Assembly: GCA_050250255.1 (NCBI GenBank)
Contig: JBFWOZ010000013.1
Location: 1-64,000 of the forward strand
Direction: 5' to 3'
DNA length: 64,000 bases
Source of the DNA: Bdellovibrionales bacterium
Lineage (GTDB): Bacteria; Bdellovibrionota; Bdellovibrionia; Bdellovibrionales; DASUEL01
Part shown: in pieces, positions 59,307 to 64,000 of the stretch
Numbering within the stretch: position 1 is the stretch's first letter
How the letters are laid out: every line of letters starts with the position of its first letter
Notes under the pieces: generated by a model
What the model was told of the DNA's origin: nothing
The model's input: only the letters and a program-made list of their open reading frames with translations
Databases searched by the model: none
Position numbers and translations under genes: made by a program

Positions 59307-59525
59307 CTACTTTGTTTCTGCGGTTTCTTCTTTAGCATCAGTGGCTGCTGGAGCTTCGGCCGCTGGCTGTTGTTTATCTTGAATGACCTGATCTTTGATC
59401 GTTTTGATATGATCAGGAGAACTATGTGCATGGAAGTAAGTGATATAAATAAAGAAGATGCCGACAAACACCATTGAAAAAATTAACAGAACTTTGCCGA
59501 ACTGATTGTTTTGATGAGCGTCCAT
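59307..59525 (-). CDS. Small membrane protein heading the cox operon
   Basis: GGAG RBS before ATG 59525; single TM helix. Confidence 0.65.
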   Translation of the reverse strand: MDAHQNNQFGKVLLIFSMVFVGIFFIYITYFHAHSSPDHIKTIKDQVIQDKQQPAAEAPAATDAKEETAETK

Positions 59526-59611
59526 CGCTGCGTTTCTCCGGATTTTGTTTGGCTCAAAAAATCTCACGCTTCTTTTTCAAAGGCAAGCACTGCGCTTGAC
59601 GCCCACGCGCG

Positions 59612-60388
59612 TTAAAGCTGGAGCAAATCTTCTGTTTTTTCCAAAAAATCAAAATCTCTGATGTGATCACGAAGCCATTTTTTATGAGTTTTCAGGTTTT
59701 CCACGTGGGTTTCCACCAAACTCCAAAACTGAGGCGAGTGGTTCGGATGCTGGAGGTGACAAAGCTCATGAACAACTACGTAGTCCACCACTTCAAGGGG
59801 TGCCGCAACGAGTTTCCAATTGAGAGAAATCGTACCGTTAGAACTACAAGAACCCCATCTCGTTTTTTGATCCCGAAACGTAAGTCGCTGGGGCTTTAAA
59901 CGAAGATTTTGAGCATATTTTTCGACCCGAGCCTGCAAGATTTCCTTTGCACAAGCCTGATAAAATTGGCGAAGAGCTTTGCGAAGAAAAACCTGCGTTG
60001 CCTGCGGCTCTTGAGCCAAACGTCGCGTATCGAAACGAAAAACAAGCTGCGGTCCCTGCCTACTGACTTGAATACGTCGCTGTGTCTGAAACTCAAAAAC
60101 AAGGGTCAAACTTTCTCCCAACAAAGAGACCTGCTCACCCGCCTTTAACAAGAATTTTGGTGTCTGCTGTTCTTTTTGCTGGAGACGCTCATGCTGCTCC
60201 CGTACCCAAGTTTTTTTCTCTTCAAGAAACTGTAAAATCCATTTTTCTGACAATGTGACCGGCGCCGTGATCGTGTACTTCTGCTCGGGCCGTAAAATGA
60301 TGGAAATCCCCTTCTTAAAAGGAATCCTTTTGAGCCGGAAAATCAGGCCCTCGAACTGAATTTTATGGTCACTTTTTATGCGGAACAT
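59612..60388 (-). CDS. YgjP/DUF45-family metallopeptidase-like protein
   Basis: QKTRWGSCS, LNWKL, DYVVVHELCH, NHSPQFW. Confidence 0.9.
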   Translation of the reverse strand: MFRIKSDHKIQFEGLIFRLKRIPFKKGISIILRPEQKYTITAPVTLSEKWILQFLEEKKTWVREQHERLQQKEQQTPKFLLKAGEQVSLLGESLTLVFEFQTQRRIQVSRQGPQLVFRFDTRRLAQEPQATQVFLRKALRQFYQACAKEILQARVEKYAQNLRLKPQRLTFRDQKTRWGSCSSNGTISLNWKLVAAPLEVVDYVVVHELCHLQHPNHSPQFWSLVETHVENLKTHKKWLRDHIRDFDFLEKTEDLLQL

Positions 60389-60495
60389 GTGCGGGAAATA
60401 TAGCATCCTCCACGCACAGAGGAACCCTCTACGTGAATGAGATGACGCATCGCTAATGGTTGCGGCAGTCTACCCCTTAAGATAGAGTCCTCATC

Positions 60496-60589
60496 GGTTA
60501 GACCCCATACAATAGGCGGCTTACGAACCCCGCCAGATCCGGAAGGAAGCAACGGTAGTACAGCTCCTATGTGATATGGGGCTCTGACC
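60496..60589 (+). ncRNA. ffs: Signal recognition particle RNA (4.5S)
   Basis: CAGATCCGGAAGGAAGCAAC domain IV; GGTTAGA/TCTGACC terminal stem; upstream of dnaX. Confidence 0.93.
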
Positions 60590-60634
60590 ACTTTTTCATC
60601 CTCATAAAAAAACTGAAGATGAGGCGGAGATTTT

Positions 60635-62305
60635 GTGAGCAACCGCACAACTTATCAAGTGATGGCCCGTAAGTGGCGTCCCCAAAGCTTCGAAGAAATG
60701 GTGGGACAAAACCATGTCAGCCAAACTATTCGAAACGCTCTTAAAAGCGGTCGCCTTCCTCATGCCCTTTTATTCACCGGACCTCGTGGTGTAGGTAAAA
60801 CCTCTTCCGCCCGAATTTTAGCGAAAAGCTTAAAATGCCAAAACGCGAAAGACTTTGTCCCCTGCAACGAATGCTCAACCTGCCAAGAAATTGCAGCCGG
60901 CGCCTGCATTGACGTGATGGAAATCGATGGAGCGAGCCATAATGGCGTCGACTCCATTCGCGAACTTCGCGAAACCATTGGCTACATGCCTTCCACTGGT
61001 AAATACAAAGTCTACATCATCGATGAAGTTCACATGCTCTCTGTCAGTGCGTTCAACGCCCTCTTAAAAACTCTCGAAGAACCTCCTGCCCATGTGATTT
61101 TCATTTTCGCAACTACAGAACCACAAAAAATTCCTCTCACGATTCTCTCTCGCGTCCAACGCTTTGACTTTCGCCGTATTCCTACACGCCTTCTTACCGA
61201 GCAACTTCAGAAAATTTGCAAAGCAGAGAACGTGAAGGCCGAACCCGAAGCTCTTTGGTTGATTGCACGACAGTCCGACGGTTCCGCTCGCGACAGCCAA
61301 AGCCTTCTCGACCAAATTGTGACTTTTTGTGATTCTAATGTGACTTTACAAAAAACGATTGAGGTTCTTGGGCTCACCGATCGACAAATTCTCTTAGACA
61401 CTTTGTCTGCACTCGTTTCACGCTCTTCGATGGATGTGCTCGACGTGGTTTCTCGCATTTACAAATCAGGTGCGGATATTAAAAACTTCTCTCAAGAATT
61501 ACTTGAAGAGATTCGTCATCTACTTATGGTCAAGTTAGCACCAAAAGAAATGGCTCAGATTGTGGACCTACCTGAAAGCGAAATCACGGCTCTTCGAGAG
61601 TTAGGAAAAGATCTTTCACAAGAAGATATTCATTTGCTTTTTGATATGGCCTTAAAAGGTGTAAGTGATCTCACTCGCTCCCAAGATCCACGCCTCGCGC
61701 TTGAGATGATGCTTCTTCGTATGTCCATTGCTCCTCAGGTGGGCGATCTCATGTCCGTGCTCCAAGGTTCGCGTACTGCGAATGCGCCTGTAAGTCGCGG
61801 AGGAGGAGGCTCCTCGGGATCTTCTAAGCCTACCCCAAAAGCTCCACCCGCTACAGTCGCCGTGCCAGAAAAACCCGTTACACTTTCTATTTCACGAACT
61901 CTTCCTCTGAAAGAGCGTTGGGAACAAACCGTTCTTGCGATTAAGGCTTCCGCTCCACCACTCGCTGCAAAATTGGATTATGTTGCCGCCCTTGAAGACG
62001 ACGGGAAAACCTTGCGTTTAAGTGTTGCAAAGGACAAACAATTTTTACTCGAACAAATTCTAAAATTAAAACCCGATATCGAACAAAAACTTTCTGTCCT
62101 CTGGGAAAGCCCCGTTCACATAGACGCAGTTCTTGCCGACACCACAACGGCCACTCAAGTTGTGTCCCCAATGGAGACTCGACAAAAGCAGATGAAAGAC
62201 GAGCAGAATAACGAACGACAAGAGGTTGAAAATCATCCCTTTATTCAAAAAACAAAAGAAATTTTTCGCTCTGAAATCAGAGCCATCACAAAGGAACCCC
62301 TATGA
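60635..62305 (+). CDS. dnaX: DNA polymerase III subunit gamma/tau
   Basis: ARKWRP, GPRGVGKT, DEVHML, NALLKTLEEP. Confidence 0.97.
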   Translation: MSNRTTYQVMARKWRPQSFEEMVGQNHVSQTIRNALKSGRLPHALLFTGPRGVGKTSSARILAKSLKCQNAKDFVPCNECSTCQEIAAGACIDVMEIDGASHNGVDSIRELRETIGYMPSTGKYKVYIIDEVHMLSVSAFNALLKTLEEPPAHVIFIFATTEPQKIPLTILSRVQRFDFRRIPTRLLTEQLQKICKAENVKAEPEALWLIARQSDGSARDSQSLLDQIVTFCDSNVTLQKTIEVLGLTDRQILLDTLSALVSRSSMDVLDVVSRIYKSGADIKNFSQELLEEIRHLLMVKLAPKEMAQIVDLPESEITALRELGKDLSQEDIHLLFDMALKGVSDLTRSQDPRLALEMMLLRMSIAPQVGDLMSVLQGSRTANAPVSRGGGGSSGSSKPTPKAPPATVAVPEKPVTLSISRTLPLKERWEQTVLAIKASAPPLAAKLDYVAALEDDGKTLRLSVAKDKQFLLEQILKLKPDIEQKLSVLWESPVHIDAVLADTTTATQVVSPMETRQKQMKDEQNNERQEVENHPFIQKTKEIFRSEIRAITKEPL

Positions 62306-62625
62306 AAGGTATGCAAGGCGGACTTCAACAATTTATTAAACAAGCCAACCAACTTCAGGCGAAAGCTCAAAAACTTCAAGAAGAGTTGGCCACTCGTGAG
62401 TACGAAAGTACTTCTGGCGGCGGAGCCGTAAAAGCGATCGTTAACGGTGAGTACAAAATCACTTCACTCAAAATTCAAGACGAGGTTTTTAAATCTGGCG
62501 ATGCGGAAATGTTACAAGATCTCATCATCACGGCTGCCAACGAAGCGATCAAACAAGCTCGCACTACTTCTGATCAAGAGATGAACAAACTCACCGGCGG
62601 CATGTCCCTTCCAGGAATGTTTTAA
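62302..62625 (+). CDS. ybaB: YbaB/EbfC nucleoid-associated protein
   Basis: SGGGAV, EMLQDLI..A.NEA; position between dnaX and recR. Confidence 0.95.
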   Translation: MKGMQGGLQQFIKQANQLQAKAQKLQEELATREYESTSGGGAVKAIVNGEYKITSLKIQDEVFKSGDAEMLQDLIITAANEAIKQARTTSDQEMNKLTGGMSLPGMF

Positions 62626-63236
62626 TGGCATTTCAAATTCCGGCCCTTGATCTTTTGATTCATGAGCTTTGTTGTTTACCAGGCATTGGCGAAAAAACCG
62701 CTCAACGTTTGGCTTTTCACATTTTGAAGGCCGGTCCCGACTACTCTCAACGTCTCGCTCAATCTCTACTCGACGTCCGCGCCCAAGTGAAATATTGCCA
62801 GCAATGCTTTTCCTACACAGATCAAGAACTCTGCCGCATTTGTTCCAATTCCTCTCGCGATGCGAGACTCATCTGTGTAGTAGAAGAACCCGCAGATGTT
62901 TTAAGATTTGAAGCCATTGGCACTTTCCGTGGACTTTATCATGTGCTTCTCGGTACGATTTCTCCCCTAGATGGTGTTGGTCCCGATCAACTCAAAGTTC
63001 GTGAACTCACTGCCAGAGTTGAGACGTTAAATCCTGCAAGTCAGCCTATTGAACTCATCATGTCTCTTGATGCCGATCTCGAAGGAGACACAACCGCTCT
63101 CTATATTTCGAAAATTTTTTCCGGAAAAGGTGTGAAGATCACCCGCTTAGCTCACGGTGTTCCTTTTGGTAGCGATATCGACTATATTGATCCGCGCACA
63201 TTAGGACGGGCTTTTGAAAATAGGGTAGAAATTTAA
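62625..63236 (+). CDS. recR: Recombination mediator RecR
   Basis: LPGIGEKTAQRLA, C4 zinc finger, VVE, TRLAHG. Confidence 0.97.
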   Translation: MAFQIPALDLLIHELCCLPGIGEKTAQRLAFHILKAGPDYSQRLAQSLLDVRAQVKYCQQCFSYTDQELCRICSNSSRDARLICVVEEPADVLRFEAIGTFRGLYHVLLGTISPLDGVGPDQLKVRELTARVETLNPASQPIELIMSLDADLEGDTTALYISKIFSGKGVKITRLAHGVPFGSDIDYIDPRTLGRAFENRVEI

Positions 63237-63826
63237 TGTCTTTCGTTAACGAAGCGGCCAAAGAAATTCACTGCAAGATCGTTTATTACGGTCCATCGCT
63301 TGGTGGGAAAACCACCAACATCCAATGGGTTTATCAAAAAGCGGCTCGTGATCAGGGCAAAGAACTCAACATGATGGGGACGGAAAACGAACGAACACTT
63401 TTCTTCGATTTCCTCCCTCTTTTTGTAGGAGACATCCGCGGATATAAAACGCGCTTCCATCTCTACACGGTTCCAGGCCAAGTGGTTTACGATGCCAGCC
63501 GAAAATTGATTCTCAAAGGTCTCGATGGTGTGATTTTCGTCGCCGATTCGCAAGCCTCGCGTATGGAAGAAAATTTAGAGTCTCTCAAGAATCTAGAGAT
63601 CAATCTTCGACAGCAAGGTTATGACATTCAAGAAATTCCACTGATCATTCAATATAACAAACGGGATCTTCCCAACGCGACTTCCGTTGCTGAACTTCGC
63701 AGCGCACTTAATCGCTACAACTCTCCAGATTTTGAAGCCATTGCTTCACAGGGCATTGGAGTTTTTGAAAGTCTCAAGACGGTTTCAAAAACTATTATCA
63801 GTATATTAAAGGGAGGAGAGCCGTGA
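63236..63826 (+). CDS. mglA: MglA small GTPase
   Basis: [33 protein letters not shown]. Confidence 0.95.
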   Translation: MSFVNEAAKEIHCKIVYYGPSLGGKTTNIQWVYQKAARDQGKELNMMGTENERTLFFDFLPLFVGDIRGYKTRFHLYTVPGQVVYDASRKLILKGLDGVIFVADSQASRMEENLESLKNLEINLRQQGYDIQEIPLIIQYNKRDLPNATSVAELRSALNRYNSPDFEAIASQGIGVFESLKTVSKTIISILKGGEP

Positions 63827-64000
63827 GTTCAGCCTCGAGCTTAGAACAAGAAATTCGAGAGCTCAAAAAAGAACGTAACGCCATCATCCTTGCTCACTAC
63901 TACCAAGACTCAGACATCCAAGACATGGCAGACGGAATCGGTGACAGCTACTACTTGTCAAAAGTAGGCCAATCAAGCACGGCTGATGTGATCGTACTTG
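63823..64000 (+). CDS. nadA: Quinolinate synthase (partial; runs off window end; not in ORF track)
   Basis: GTG 63823: ...[33 protein letters not shown]...ADVIV. Confidence 0.9.
   Translation, partial: MSSASSLEQEIRELKKERNAIILAHYYQDSDIQDMADGIGDSYYLSKVGQSSTADVIVL

Noticed and set aside
60376..60648. 90-aa minus-strand ORF, and a possible structured 5' extension (GAGGA..CTCTA / TAGAG..TCCTC, about 60419-60492) suggesting a long Alu-type SRP RNA
   Set aside because: The ORF is antisense to ffs. The pairing is short and overlaps a likely -10 (TAAGAT) for ffs, and no Alu consensus is recognisable.
61799..61845. Possible dnaX -1 frameshift site (C CCA AAA with upstream GGAGG)
   Set aside because: It is not the efficient A AAA AAG heptamer, the SD-like run is too far upstream, and no clear stimulatory hairpin is visible.

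Overview
Bacterial chromosomal window, most likely from a Bdellovibrionota (Bdellovibrio-like predator). This rests on an mglA with Ser21 directly after dnaX-ybaB-recR with no mglB in view, PilZ/REC proteins, and many orphan secreted proteins. Housekeeping blocks: citrate synthase; leucine/HMG-CoA catabolism (liuBCDE-type); RluA; RNase P RNA; an ABC-2 transporter; rpsU-yqeY-dnaG-rpoD with tRNA(CAU); tadA; tRNA-Ser(GGA); an A2-type caa3 oxidase operon with SCO/CtaA/CtaB; HiPIP; SRP RNA; dnaX-ybaB-recR-mglA-nadA. The most notable observations: (i) a signalling cassette (stand-alone DHp protein, REC-PilZ, REC-HD-GYP, RedB-like CxC protein, RedC-like kinase) bracketed by two near-identical 57-bp palindromes; (ii) nine sigma54-type -24/-12 motifs, each upstream of a signal-peptide gene, with a TGAGACA half-site array between two divergent ones; (iii) four heptamer-periodic intergenic elements, one next to a four-helix-bundle gene; (iv) a DUF2400 ORF running in frame into an ankyrin lipoprotein; (v) a degenerate PP2C/STAS divergent pair; (vi) apparently frequent leaderless transcripts. 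All family calls come from recognising motifs by eye; no database searches were run.
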